From Eimeria praecox (Eukaryota): a DNA stretch of 64,000 nucleotides. The position numbers were made by a program, and so were the translations under genes. How positions within the stretch are numbered: the stretch's first letter is position 1; the number at the start of each line of letters is the position of its first letter. The notes under the pieces are model-generated. The model searched no databases. It worked only from the letters and a program-made list of their open reading frames with translations, and was not told the DNA's origin. Where the stretch lies: assembly GCA_963920595.1 (NCBI GenBank), contig OY986946.1:9486001-9550000 (forward strand). Reading direction: 5' to 3'. Positions 1-14,332 of this stretch are shown piece by piece.

Positions 1-298
1 AGAACCTGCTGCTGCTGCCGCTCATGAATGTACACACCTGCAGCAGCAGCAACTGCAGCAGCAGCAGCAGCAGCAACTGCAGCAGCAGCAGCACCTGCTG
101 CTGCTGCAGCTAATGCATGTGTGTCTGCCGCTGCAGCAGCTGCCGCTGCGATTGCTCATACTGCTCTGCCAACGCCACAGGCACAGCAGCTCCCGGCCTC
201 AACTCCGCCTGCAGCAGCAGCAGCAGCAGCAACAGCAGCAACAGGTCTAACAGCTGAAACGGGGGATGCTATGCAGAAACAGCTGATACTACAGCACT

Positions 299-331
<33 letters not shown>

Positions 332-541
332 TGCTGCCGCTGCAACAGCAACGGGAACAGCACAAACGCCAATAGCAGCAGCAGCACCAACAGCAGCAGC
401 AGCAACAGCAGCAACAACAGCAGCAGCAACAGGAGCAGCAGCAACAGCAGCTGCAAAAGCAACGGGAACAGCAAACGCCACTAGCAGCAGCAGCAGCAAC
501 AGCAGCAGCAACAGCAGCAGCAACAGCAGCAGCAACAGCAG

Positions 542-577
<36 letters not shown>

Positions 578-583
578 TCTGAC

Positions 584-3090
584 CTTGACAACATCATTTT
601 CCCTAACATCGTAGTCTAACGGACATTTGCTCAGATTTATCTGCACTGTATACTGCTCCCGCTGCAGCAGCAACAGCAGCAGCAACAGCAACAGCAGCAG
701 CAACAGCAGCAACACAAGCAACAATGATAGCATTGAAGCAATGGCAGCGATAACTGCACAGTGTAACAGCAGCAGCAACAGCTGCAGCAACAACAGCAGC
801 AGCAGCAACAGCTGCAGCAACAACAGCAGCAGCAGCAAGAGCTGCCGCCAGGGGAAATAGCAGCAGCAGCAGCAGCAGCAGCAGCTGTAGCAGCAGCAGC
901 AGCAGCAGCAGCAGCTCTGTCTGGACATACAGAGTAGAACAGCAGCAGATCTCCTTCAGCAACTCCAACGTTTCTGCTGTAGCTCTCAGACAGTCGGCTG
1001 TACAGACACCGCAGCAGCAGCAGCAGCAGCAACAGCAGCAACAGCAGCAGCAGCAACAGCAGCAACAGAACGTCAAAGGCTCGGCTTATAGAGCCGAACA
1101 GTACAAAACCCCTGGCTGCATTCTAAGACTTTAGGGTTTAGGGTTTAGGGTTTGGCTAGGGTTTAGGGTTTAGGGTTTGGCTAGGGTTTAGGGTTTAGGG
1201 TTTAGGGTTTACGAGAAGGGCGTCATCATGCTAGCATTAAAACGCAAACGTGGTAGATAGGGCGCTTCCTCAGAACCTGAAGACAACAAACCCTAAACCC
1301 TAAACCCTAAACCCTAAACCCTAAATAAGGGTTTATAAACCCTAAAAGACTTCAATAAATAACAAGAAGCTTCATCTATAAACCCTAATAAACCCCTATT
1401 AACCCTAGCAATAAACCCTAACAATTAACCCTAATCCTAAACCCTAAACCCTAACCCCTACAAACCCTAAACCCTAAACCCTAACCTTCAATGAAGCGTG
1501 ATGATATCAAGACAGATATTATCAACTCTACCCGCGCAAACCCTAAACCCTAAACCCTAGACCCTCCCAACCCTCTCAACCCTACCCCCTAACCCCTTCC
1601 AAACCCTAACAAACCCTCCAAACCCTAAACCCTAAACCCTAAACCCTAAACCCTAAACCCTAATATACCTTCAATAAAGAGGGATATCCACACTTTCTGA
1701 GCATACTGTAGAGAAGGCCTGGCCTCAGCAAACAGCTGAAGCTGCCCCCGTTGCATGCGATAGTCTAACGGGCTTAGATCGGGTAAGAGCTGTAAACCCC
1801 ACAAACCCTAAACCCTAAACCCTAAACCCTAAACCCTAGACCCTAAACCCTAGACCCTGAACCCTAAACCCTAACCGATGGCTATACCCTCACCACACAT
1901 ACAATAGAAAAACCTAATTCTGCAGCGGAGGAAACCCTAGGAGGAGCTGCAGACCCTAAACCCTAAACCCTAAACCCTAAACCCTAAACAACAGTAAGCT
2001 ATGTCTATAACTGAAGATTCAAGCCGTCAACCCCAAACCCTAGCGAGGGTTTCGATTAGGGTTTACGGTTTAGGGTTTACAAACCTCGTGGCCTAAGACT
2101 ACTAGGGTTTATTAGGGTTTAGGGTTTAGTAAGACACAGGCTTCATCAAGGGCTACAGTAGCTACACTAGGGTCTAGGGTTAATTAGGGTTTAGGGTTAA
2201 TTATTAGGGTTTAGGGTTAATTAGTAGGGTTTAGGGTTTACTAGGGTTTAGGGTTTGTCTAGGGTTTAGGGTTTGGCTAGGGTTTAGGGTTTGTCTAGGG
2301 TTTAAGGTTTGGCTAGGGTTTAGGGTTAACTAGAGCTTAGGGTTTGTGTAGGGTTTAGGGTTTGGCTAGGGTTTAGGGTTTGTCTAGGGTTTAGGGTTAA
2401 CTAGGGTTGAGGGTTAACTAGGGTTTAGGGTTTGTCTAGGGTTTAGGGTTTATCTAGGGTTTAGGGTTTGTCTAGGGTTTAGGGTTTGTCTAGGGTTTAG
2501 GGTTTACCCTGGTTATAACTTTTCGTTTTATCCATAGAAATTCTACGACGTCGTCTCTTAAGCCCGCTTGATCTTTATAATATCGCATCAGCTTCCTGTA
2601 GAAACCCCACAAACCCTAAACCCTAAACCCTAAACCCTAAACCCTAAACCCTAAGCCCTATTAACCGTTCAGCATTAAACCCTAAACCCTATACAGTTGG
2701 GGCAAACAGCAGAGGAACAACCACCGAATCGCGGGTTTACTAGGGTTTATTAGGGTTTATTAGGGTTTACTAGGGTTTATTAGGGTTCATTAGGGTTTAT
2801 TAGGGTTTAGGGTTTATTAGGGTTTATCTTATTAGGGTTTATAGGGTTTATAAGGGTTTATTTTATACGGGTTAATGAGGGTTTATTTTATTAGGGTTTA
2901 TTAGGGTTTAGGGTTTTATAGGGTTTATTAGGGTTTACTAGGGTTTATTAGGTTTTATTAGGGTTTACTAGGGTTTATTAGGGTTTAGGGTTTAGGGTTT
3001 ATATACCTGAACGGAACAGCTAGAGGCATTCGATACGTCAAGGGGGTTTGTGTTAAGCCGTAAACATAAACATCTAGCTGTGCTATCTGT
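584..3090 (-). CDS. Tandem SUMO/ubiquitin-like domains (C-terminal exons of the minus-strand gene)
   Basis: Spliced translation QLDVYVYGLTQTPLTYRMPLAVPFRKLMRYYKDQAGLRDDVVEFLWIKRKVITRLLPDLSPLDYRMQRGQLQLFAEAR-PSLQYAQ-KVWISLFIEGSEEAPYLPRLRFNASMMTPFSRLSESYSRNVGVAEGDLLLFYSREQYTVQINLSKCPLDYDVRENDVVK. This contains two copies of the SUMO-like pattern PFxxLxxxY...G.....F.....[S/C]PLDY. Confidence 0.7.
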
Positions 3091-3212
3091 CCTGTTGCTG
3101 CTGCTGCTGCTGCTGCTGCAGCAGCAGCTGCTGCTGCTGCTGCAGCTACATCAGGAGGAGCAGCACTCGCTGTAGGCCATACCCCCTGCAGCAACCTCTC
3201 ATCCCACGGCCG

Positions 3213-3250
<38 letters not shown>

Positions 3251-3457
3251 TTGTTGTGGGGCCCCCAGGTGTTGCTGCTGGCAGCGAGCCTTCGTCTGCA
3301 GCAGCAGCCGAGGGCATCTCCTCCTCTGCTGCTGCTGCTGCTGCTGCTGCTGCAGCAGCAGCTGCTGCTGCTGCTGCTGCGAAGCTGTTCGCCTCATTCC
3401 GAGGAGTGAGAGAACCGCGAGGAGAGGGGGAGGCCTCTGTTGCTCCTGAGGGGCTGT

Positions 3458-3489
<32 letters not shown>

Positions 3490-3561
3490 AGCTGCTGCTG
3501 CAGCTGCTGCTGCAGTAGAAGCTGTTGCTGATGCTGCTGCTGTTGCTGCTGTTGTTGTTCT

Positions 3562-3600
<39 letters not shown>

Positions 3601-3675
3601 GCTGCTAAGGGCATCCGCCCTCGCCTCTCCCCTCGCAGCAGAAATTGCTGACGGAGGTACAGCGGACGACCCTCA

Positions 3676-3721
<46 letters not shown>

Positions 3722-4141
3722 TTGCTGCTGCTCCTTGAGACGCAGGAAAGGCTTCCTCCTCCTGGAGGGGCTGCTGCTGCTGCTGGTGCTGCTGGTGCTC
3801 TTGTTGCTGCTGCTGCTGCTCCTGCTGCTGCTGCTGCTCTGGCTGCTCCGGCAAAGGCGATGCCACCGTCGGAGAGGTGGAGGCATTCAGCTGCAGCAGC
3901 AACTGCTGCTGCTGCTGCTGCTGCTGTTGCTGCTGGGCCTGCAGGTGCTGCTGCTGCTGCTGCTCTTCCTGCTGCTGCTGCTGCTGCTGTTGCTGCTGTT
4001 GCTGCTGCTGCTGCTGGTGTTGCTCCTGCTCGGGCTGCAACAGCTGCGCCGGTGCTTCCGTCATCAGCAAAGACTGAGCTGCTGCAGCAGGACATACACA
4101 CCACACAGCAGCAGCAGAATCTCAGGCTTCAACAACAACAA

Positions 4142-4194
<53 letters not shown>

Positions 4195-4333
4195 GCAACC
4201 TCACTGCTTGCTGTAGCGATATCCGCAAAGCGTCGAAGTATCGGCAGCAACGAATTCGCTGTTAAAGAGCCAGCAGACCCTGCAGCAGCTAGTGCTGCTG
4301 CTGCTGCTGCTGCTGCTCCTCCCCCTCCTCCTC

Positions 4334-4367
<34 letters not shown>

Positions 4368-4555
4368 AGCAGCAGCACGGGAAGGATAGCGAGCCCTCGG
4401 CAGGGATATATTGCTGCGGATCTGCTGTATATACAGCGGATGAGGCAGCAGAAAATCTGTCTGTCCTAAGCCTCGATGCTGCAGCTGCTGCTGCAGCATC
4501 GCCATCTGCTGCTGCAGCAGCAACGCATCCTGTAGTGTCTGGTTGCTTACTATCA

Positions 4556-4590
<35 letters not shown>

Positions 4591-5010
4591 TGCTGCTGCA
4601 GCTGGCTTCGTATCGATGGCAGCTGCAGCAGCTGCTGCAGCCGCTGCAGCGTACGCTGGTGGGCTGAAGCAACACTCCTGTGAATAAGCTCAAGTTGCTG
4701 CTGCTGCTGCTGCTGCTGCTGTTGCTGCTGTTGCTGCTGCTGGGGTTGCTGCTGCTGCTCTGGTTGATGCAACTGCTGCAGCAGCAGCTGCTGCTGCAGC
4801 AGCTGCTGCTGCCTCGTACGTATTTGCTGCGGAGGCCGTACAGAAGAAGACCCCCACATATCTAGCTGGTGCTGTAAGGAATCAGAGACAAGCTGCTGCT
4901 GCTGCTGCTGCTGCTGTTGCTGCTGCTGTTGCTGCTGCTGCTGCAGTTGCTGCTGCAACGGTTGTAGCTGTTGATGGAGTCCCTGCTGCAGTTGAAAGTC
5001 TGAACGCCGC

Positions 5011-5063
<53 letters not shown>

Positions 5064-5104
5064 CTGCTGCTCGAACTGTCGCTGCGGCCCCCTCAGAGCA
5101 AACA

Positions 5105-5139
<35 letters not shown>

Positions 5140-5573
5140 GGTCGAGGGTTATATGCGGCAGAGAAAGGAGAGTTAGGCTGTTCTTCGCTCAACACCACCA
5201 CCTCGGGCTTCCTCCCTGCAGCAGCAGCAGCAACAGCAGCAACAGCAGCAGCAGCAACAGCAGCAGGAATTGCAACACCTAGGACGTTGTACGATAGTAT
5301 AGCAGCAGCAGCAGCAGCAGCACCAGGTGCAACAGCACCAACAACAAAACAGCACGAACAGCAGCAGCAGCAGCAGCAATAACAACGCCAACAGCAGCAC
5401 CACCACCATCAACAACAACCGCAACAACAACAGTAGCACAACAGCATCAGCACCAACAACAGCAGCACCAGCAGCAACAACAACAGCAACAACAGCAGCA
5501 ACAGCAGCAACAACAGCACCAGCAACAACAACAGCAGCACCAGCAGCAACAACAACAACAACAGCAGCAACAA

Positions 5574-5605
<32 letters not shown>

Positions 5606-5727
5606 ACAGCAGCAGGATTCAACTCACCAAATGCCCTCGAAACAGATTTAGCGAGATTAGAATACGCTCCAACAGAAAAAACAAATCTACGCGCCTCCTC
5701 ACTTACTGCTGCAACAAACTGAATCGC

Positions 5728-5762
<35 letters not shown>

Positions 5763-6053
5763 ACAGCAGCAACAGCAGCAACAGCAGCAGCAGCAACAGC
5801 AGCAGCAGCAGACAGAGATGCAGGCCACAATCATAGTTTCTGAGCTGCAACACTCATGACAATGAACGTCAGAAGCAGCAGCAGCAGCAGCAGCAACACC
5901 AGCAGCAACAACAGCAGCAGCAACAACAGCAGCAGGAGCAGCACTCGATTTGCAGCAGCAACAGCAGCAGCACCACCACCACCACCGCAGTCAGCAGCAA
6001 GAGCACCACCACCACCACCACCACCACCACCACCATCACCACCACCAGCAGCA

Positions 6054-6093
<40 letters not shown>

Positions 6094-6399
6094 TAGGTCT
6101 GCTGCTAGCTTACGAGAGGGGATACGGAGCCTGGTGTTGTGAGATGAGAGCAATCTATTTGTCTTGCTTGCTGCAGCAGCGGCGCTATATATATAATTTG
6201 AGGAATATCTAAATCTGTTTCTAGTAAACGTAGATTAGATATATAACGATGAAATACTGCGGTGCTGCAGTGTGCTCGACACACCTGTACAGACACCCCA
6301 CACATATATGAACAGATTCCTCCTGCTGGTCATGGTGCTGGTGATGGTGCTGGTGCTGCTGCTGCTGCTGCTGCTGCTGGTGTTGCTGGTGTTGGTGTT

Positions 6400-6430
<31 letters not shown>

Positions 6431-6637
6431 CTGCTGCTGCTGCTGGTGCTGCTGCTGCTGGTGGTGGTGCTGCTGTTGCTGTTGGTGGTGGTGCTGCTGC
6501 TGCTGTTGGTGGTGGTGGTGGTGTTGGTGGTGGTGCTGCTGCTGCAGCTGCTGTTGGTGGTGGTGTTGGTGGTGGTGGTGCTGCTGCTGCTGCTGTTGAT
6601 GATGAAGCTGTTCACTGTCGCAGTCTTTCTGCTGCTC

Positions 6638-6695
<58 letters not shown>

Positions 6696-6792
6696 ATGTT
6701 ACCTGTCTGAATATAAAGAACTCTGGAATCGTTAAGAAGCAGCAAATCTCTCCGAGCAAAGCAGCAGACAGCCCCAATCGCCTCTTCCCTCC

Positions 6793-6849
<57 letters not shown>

Positions 6850-7161
6850 GGAGCAGCAGCCAAGACAGTTTGTCATAGCTTCTCTTGAATCCGCAAACGT
6901 CAGCAGCGGCTGCTGCCGCAGCAGCGGGATGTGTATATAACGTCGGCAGACAGACACTACGATGGTGGGATGCTGCTGCTGCAGCTGCTGCAGCTGTTGC
7001 TGCTGCTGCTGCTGTAATTGCTGTTGTTGTTGCTGCTGCTGCTGTTGCTGCTGTTGTTGTTGGTGCTGGTGCTGCAGTTCTTGCTTCGCTAGGTCTCCAG
7101 AAAGACCTAAACGCTGCAGCTGCTGCTGCTGTGCATGCTCTATTACCTGCATCTCCCGCTC

Positions 7162-7199
<38 letters not shown>

Positions 7200-7488
7200 T
7201 CTGCTTCTGCTTCTGCTGCTGTCTCTCCTGCCGCCTTAACCGCCGAGCTGTCTGCTGTGCTGCACTACGAGTATGGTGGTGCTGCTGCTGCTGCTCCTGC
7301 TGCTGTTGCTTTGGGATTGCTGCAGCTGATATATGACGAATAGGCAACGTAACACCCGCAGCACCGTTGCTGCTGCTGCTGCTGTTGCTGTTGCTGCTGC
7401 TGCTGCTGCTATTGCGCCCAGCAGCTTGGCCTTTGCTGCCTAGTGAAGGTGGGGTCTTCCGTGGGCTTCCTACATGTGGGGGACAGCA

Positions 7489-7526
<38 letters not shown>

Positions 7527-7718
7527 TGTTGCTGCTGCTGCTGCTGGTGGTGTTTGTGGTGTTATTAAGCTCTGCAGCAGCAGCAAGGACAGCAGCAGCA
7601 AGGCGTTTTCGAGCAGCAATTGCTGCAGGAGGGAATGCTAGGGGAGACGGAGGCTCAGGCGTAGGCAAACACTTTGCTTGAGGGGGGGGGGGGGCTCGAT
7701 GAAGTCTCCTCCCTCCTC

Positions 7719-7754
<36 letters not shown>

Positions 7755-8240
7755 GTGTTGTTGTTGTTGCTGTTGCTGTTGTTGTTGTTGTTGTTGCTGC
7801 AGCAGCAGCAGCAGAGCCTGTTGGGGAGTCCTGCTCCAGACACATATCCTCTCTTCTTGATGCAGCAGATGTTGCTGTTGCTGCTGTTGTTGCTGCTGCT
7901 GCTGCTGCTGCATCTGCTGCAGCAGGGGTCTGTCGTGGCTGCTGCCGCAGCCTCAGCGGCAGCAGAGCAGAAGCTGTAAGGCGGCGATGAACTGCAGCAG
8001 CAGTTGCTGTTGGTGGTGGTGGTGCTGCTGCTGCAGCAGCAGCAGCAGCAGCAGCTGCTGCTGCTCTTGCTGCTGCCCTAGGGGACGGCCGACAAGGCAC
8101 CATCGCTATAGAGAAGGGACTGCTGTCGCTGTCGCTGCAGACAGCGCAGCTGCTGCTGCTGCTGCTGCTGCTCCAGATGCTGGGGCTCGTGTCTTCTTGC
8201 CTCTCTGTGTCGCTGTTGTCGCTGCTGCTGCTGCTGCTGC

Positions 8241-8275
<35 letters not shown>

Positions 8276-8318
8276 TTGTTGCACCTGTTAGGGCTCTCCC
8301 GCTCTATCGTGCGACGGC

Positions 8319-8350
<32 letters not shown>

Positions 8351-8404
8351 TGTTGCTGCGACAGCTGTGTGCTCTGTTGCCGCTGTGCCGTCGCTTCCTG
8401 AGGA

Positions 8405-8442
<38 letters not shown>

Positions 8443-9302
8443 CTGCTGCTGCTGCTGCGGCGGTAAGGGAGGGAATGTGCTGCGGTCTGAGGCATCGAGC
8501 AGCAGAGGACAAGACACGAGCTCGCACACCATCTGCTGCTGCTGCTGCATGCGCTGCAGCACCTGTCGAAGCTGCTGCAGCAGCTGCTGCTGCTCTTGCT
8601 GCTGCTGCTGCTCCTCCGCCTTTTCAGCACCCTTCTGTGCTGCTGCTGCTGCTGCTGCTGCTGCAGCAGCAGCAGGTAGAGCGTCGTCAGCCCGAGCCCC
8701 CTGCTGCTGCCGTCTAGGAGATTGCAGCTGTCTCGGCCGCTGCTCTTGCTGCTGCTGCTGCTGCTCCTCCTCCTGCTGCTGCTGCTCTTGGTGCTGTTCT
8801 TGCTGCAGCTGCTTCTGCTGCTGCTGCTGCTGCTGCTGCGGCAACGCGAGGACAGGCAACAAACGGAAGGACTCCAGACAGAACGAGTTGATCTGAGGTT
8901 GTGGCTGCTGCTGCTGCTGCTGCTGCTGCTGCAGCAGAGCAGCAGCAAGCCCTGGCCTCGCATCTGTTGTTGGGGGGATACGCCTCCTCTCTGCTGCAGG
9001 ACCTGAAGCAGCAGCAGCAGCAGCAGCAGCATCACCAGAAGCAGCAGCAGCAGCAAGTGCTGCTGCTGCCAGCACAGGGCCAAAGCCAGCAGCACCACCG
9101 AGGCCCATGGATGCTGGTGTCCCTGCTGCAGCATTTGCTGCTGCTGCTCCTGTTGCTGCTGCTGCATTTCCTGCTGCAGCAGTTGCTGCTGCTGCTGCAC
9201 TGGACTGTCGGGCTGCTACTGCTGCTGCTGCTGCTGCTGCTGCCGTTGCTTCCCCTGCTCTTGTTGCACGAATGCCGAGAGCATCTGCTGTAGCCAGCAT
9301 GA

Positions 9303-9342
<40 letters not shown>

Positions 9343-9365
9343 CTGGCTTCGCTGCTGTGGTTGGC

Positions 9366-9403
<38 letters not shown>

Positions 9404-9486
9404 GGGGTAGGTAGCATGATGGTGCTCGGGGCATAGACACAGACGCAGGAACCTGCAAACTCACTGTGCATATACTGCTGCAGCAA

Positions 9487-9524
<38 letters not shown>

Positions 9525-9646
9525 TCCAAAAGAGAGATAAGCTGTCTTGCTGGAGGGCTTGCTGCTGCTGCTGCAGCAGCTGATGCTGCTGCAGCATCGA
9601 CCGCAGCAGGAAAATCCGTTGCTGCTGCTCTCGTTGCTCTGCTACT

Positions 9647-9694
<48 letters not shown>

Positions 9695-9875
9695 GACAGC
9701 GGGACAGCCTGCAGCTGCCTCCTCGCAGGTAGTCCCTGCTGCTGCAGCAGCTGCCGCTGCTGCAGATGTAGAGACATCAGCAGCTGCTGCTGCAGCCGAA
9801 CCTCCTCGGCGGGTTTAGATAACAAAATGCTGCTGCTCACGGGGAAGGGAGGCCCAAACCCCACAACCACCTTCA

Positions 9876-9908
<33 letters not shown>

Positions 9909-10430
9909 TGCTGCTGTTGTTGCTGCTGCTGCAGTTGCTGTTGCTGCAGCATTTCGAGCTGCTAAAGCCAAAGCGTCGGTCCCTCGTGCTGCTCCTGCTG
10001 CAGCAGCAGCTGCTGCAGTTTATGTTGCTGTAGTTGCTGCTGTAGCTGCTGCTGCAGTTGCTGCTGTAGCTGCTGCTGTAGGTGCTGCTGCTGCTGCTGC
10101 TGCAGCGGCGATGCAGAGAGAACATCACTGCATGTCTGTTAGGAATCATAAAAACTCTGTTACGTGCTGCAGCACTGCTGCTGCTGCTGCTGCTGCTGCT
10201 GCCTCTTGTTGCCAGCTCGCCCAAGCGCTGCGGCCCTCCTGCTGCTGCTGCTGCTGCTGCTGCTTGCTCTGCAGCAGCATGATCTGCTGCTGCTGCACCT
10301 AATACAGGGACAGGGACGGAAGCATCTCCAGCATCAGCAAGAACAGCAGCAGCAGCAGCATCGAGTTCTGACGACCCCACATCGGCAGCAGCAGCAGCAG
10401 CAACAGCAGCTGCTGCGCTGCTGCTGCTGA

Positions 10431-10470
<40 letters not shown>

Positions 10471-10612
10471 AATCCCAGGCAGCCCATCCTCCTTAGTAAC
10501 ACACAGCAGCAGAGGAGCAGCAGCAGACGGCAGCACGCAGCGGTTCGTTGCAGCAACAGCATACAAATGGCTCTCCGCTGCACTCAGCGGAAGGTGCTGC
10601 TGCTGCTGCTGT

Positions 10613-10663
<51 letters not shown>

Positions 10664-10970
10664 GATTCGCCTGAGAGGTGCCGCAGCCACTGACGGACGT
10701 TCAGCAGCGTCAGAGGCCCCAACTGACGGCTCTCAGGCGGAGGCCACTGTGCTGCTGCTGCTGCTGCTGCTGCTGCAGGTGCAGCAGTAGGAGCAGCAGG
10801 TGTTGCAGCAGGTCCTGCAGCAGCTGCTGGAGCACCTGTATCTGCCATTACTGCTGCTGCTGCTGTTGCTGCTGCTGCTGTTGCTGCTGCTGTCCCTGGT
10901 TCGGTCTTCTCAAACTTTAACTGAGAACTGTCTCTAGGAGACACTACGTTGCTGCTGCTGCTGCTGCTGC

Positions 10971-11002
<32 letters not shown>

Positions 11003-11172
11003 CGGCAGCTGCGAGGAGGTGGCCGTGCAATAGGCAGCACAAGGGGAGCAGCTGTATTTGATGCTGCTGCTGCTGCAGCAGCTGCTGCTGCTGCTGCAGC
11101 TAACCGTTTGCTGCTGCGCTGTCCTGAGCCTGCTGGAGTGCTGACGGCGCCCTCTGTCTCTGCTGCTGCTGC

Positions 11173-11203
<31 letters not shown>

Positions 11204-11222
11204 AAGGGCCGCTTCCTTCGGG

Positions 11223-11254
<32 letters not shown>

Positions 11255-11387
11255 ACACCGGCAGCAGCACTGCCTGTAGCAGCTGCTCGTGGGCTGCTGC
11301 TCCTTGATGCTGCTGCTGCTGCTGCTGCTGCTGCGTGACAGTCCGACGAAGCCTGCACGCTGTTGTGAGCTCCTGCTGCTGCATCTA

Positions 11388-11424
<37 letters not shown>

Positions 11425-11498
11425 CTTGCAGCCTGCCTTAGGAGACGACGCGCCTTTTCTACCTGGTCCAGAGCAGCAGCAGCACTCACTGTTGCTGC

Positions 11499-11534
<36 letters not shown>

Positions 11535-11818
11535 CGGGGACGACGCGAAGCCACATCAGGCTGCAGCCGTCGCAGCAGAGGCGAGAAGGCCGCCCCACAA
11601 ACTCGCTGTCTGTCATTGCTGCTGCTGCTGCTGCTGCTGCTGCACTTGCTGCTGCTGCTGCTGCTGCCTCCGATGCAGCCGACGACTCCTCGTTCTCTGT
11701 TCCTTGCTGCTGCTGCTGCTGTTGCTGTTGCTGCTGTTGCTGCTGTTGCTGCTGCTGCGATGGCTGCTGGGACGACACCTGCTGCTGCTGCTGTTGCTGC
11801 GCTTGTTGCGACTGCTGC

Positions 11819-11853
<35 letters not shown>

Positions 11854-12101
11854 GCGCTGCTGCTGCTGAGGGTTTCTTCTCTGCCACAATTGCTGTCTCA
11901 GACGCGGCTCGGTAGACAGCAGCACGAGCTGCTTTGCATGCAAGCCTGCAGCAGCAGCAGCATTTAATGTTGCTGCTGCTGCTCCTGCTGCTGCCTTCAG
12001 CAGCAAATGTCGATGCCCCATCAAAGCCACCAGCAGCAAACCCCGAACAGAAAATGTAGGATAGCTGTTCTCCCACGTACTCAGGGATATCAAGTTGCTG
12101 C

Positions 12102-12172
<71 letters not shown>

Positions 12173-12416
12173 TTGCTGCTGCAAGGAAACAAACCTGAGC
12201 CTCTACCAATAACCCGCCAGCCCCTCCCCGCCCCGCTACACAAGGTACACCTGCTGTTGCTGCTGCTGCTGCTGCTGCTGCTGTTGCTGCAGCTGCAGCT
12301 GCCTCGACCTCCTGCTGCAGCAGCAGCTGCTGCTGCTGCTGCTCGCGACTGAACACCTGGCAGCAAGAAAGGCGCTTTGGGTGCTGTGGGCTCGGAGTTT
12401 GTTTGAGCTCCGTTCC

Positions 12417-12450
<34 letters not shown>

Positions 12451-12600
12451 ACCTCCTGCTGCTGCTGTTGCTGTTCCTGCTGCTGCTGCTGCTGCTGCTT
12501 CTGCTTCTGCTGCTGCAGCAATCTCTACTGCCTCCACAAGTAAAGGAGACGCCAAACAAATGGCCTGCCCCTGCCCCACAACAACGGCGTGTCTGCGCCC

Positions 12601-12637
<37 letters not shown>

Positions 12638-12790
12638 TAGAAGTAGTAGTAGCAGCACTAGCAGCTGCAGCAGCAGCACGAATCGCTGCTGCTGCAACAA
12701 AGGCAGCAAGAAACACTATCGCAGGTCGCAGCAGCAGCAGCAAACCCGCCAAACGAACGCCTACAGAAACAGCAACAGCAACAGCAGCAA

Positions 12791-12873
<83 letters not shown>

Positions 12874-12989
12874 GGGGCTTACTTGGATGTGTCATCATGC
12901 TGACAAGGATATTTAAGACGACGAGGCAGCAACACGAGCAGCACAGGCTCAAGAGAAGGCTCGGTAGGAGAAGAGAGCTGCAGCAGCAA

Positions 12990-13036
<47 letters not shown>

Positions 13037-13222
13037 ACGGCAACACAAACAGCAGCAGCAACAAGGGTAAGAGCAGCAGCATCAATACACCGCCATTGCT
13101 TGTTGCTGCCTCATCTGCTGCTGCATCTGCTGCTACACCTGCTGCTGCTGCGCTTGCTGCTGCTGCTGCATCTGCTGCTACACATGCTGCTGCTGCACTT
13201 GCTGCTGCTGCTGCTCCTGCTG

Positions 13223-13253
<31 letters not shown>

Positions 13254-13368
13254 AGCTCACCATGTGTGCTATGTCTTGTAGAGACATCCAATCTGAAGGC
13301 GCAGAGAGAGGCAGAGAGTGGTAGTGTACGTACAGCACACGAGACAGCAGCAGCGGCACCTTCAAACC

Positions 13369-13406
<38 letters not shown>

Positions 13407-14281
13407 TGCTGCTAGCTGCTGAGGATGTGTCGAGTCCTACTTCTGCTGACGCTAGCTTTGCTGCTGATGCGCAGCACCGAAGCACTGCTGCTTCTGCTGC
13501 TGCAGCAACTGCTGCAGCATTTGCTGCTCCCTTAAGCCCTGCTGCATCCGCTGCTGCTGCTGCTGCTGCAGCTGCTGCAGCAGCTGCTGCCGGCCTTGTT
13601 GCCGGTGCTGCTGCTGCTGCTGGTGGTGGTGCTGATGGCCTTGCTGCTGCTGCTGCTGCTGCAGTTGCTGTTGCATCGCGCTCCCTCAGTGCAGCAGCAG
13701 CAGCAGCAGCAGCAGCACCATGCTCATCAGTCGTGCTGCTGCCGCTGGTGCTGCCGCTAGTGCTGCTGCTGCTTCTATCAACAGCAGCAGCAGCAGCAGC
13801 AGCAGCATGAGTAGGCTTCCCTGCAGCAGCAAGAGGCGAGTGCGCTGCTGCTGCAGCTTTCGGGCTGCACAGATCATCAGCAGCAGCATCACCTGCAGCA
13901 GCAGCAGCAGCACTACCACCACCACCACCGCCAGCTGCTGCTGCTGCTGCTGCAGCAGCAGCAGCAGCAACGATAGCATGTGCTGCCTCCCACTCTTCTA
14001 TTCTTCTCTGTCCTATTGCCCCTAAAGCACATAGGCCTGCCTCTCTAAACAAATCTGCTGCAGCTAACATAGCAGTAAATCGATCAAGCCCCAAGAACAG
14101 CAGCAGCTGCAGCAGCTGCTGCAGCGCGAATGCATGCAGCACACGGTACTCTTGACATCGACGCTGCTGCTGCTGCCGCTGCTCTGCTGCAACTGCTGCT
14201 GCTGCTGCTGCTGTAAGGGGGGGAATGAGCGAGATAGGGCTATCAAGCAGCACAAGATGAGGGCCTGGAGACGAATATTGC

Positions 14282-14332
<51 letters not shown>

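Noticed and set aside
1130..3000. Chromosome end or telomere fusion
   Set aside because: Arrays are short, degenerate, in both orientations and intronic; internal heptamer arrays are normal in Eimeria.
5810..5850. Extra minus-strand exon LRNYDCGLHL
   Set aside because: The available GT donor gives the wrong phase; direct splicing from 6114 to 5727 keeps the frame.
12600..12765. Stop-codon readthrough upstream of the 2114-aa ORF
   Set aside because: A GT-AG intron (12882-12593) removes the TAG and keeps the frame.
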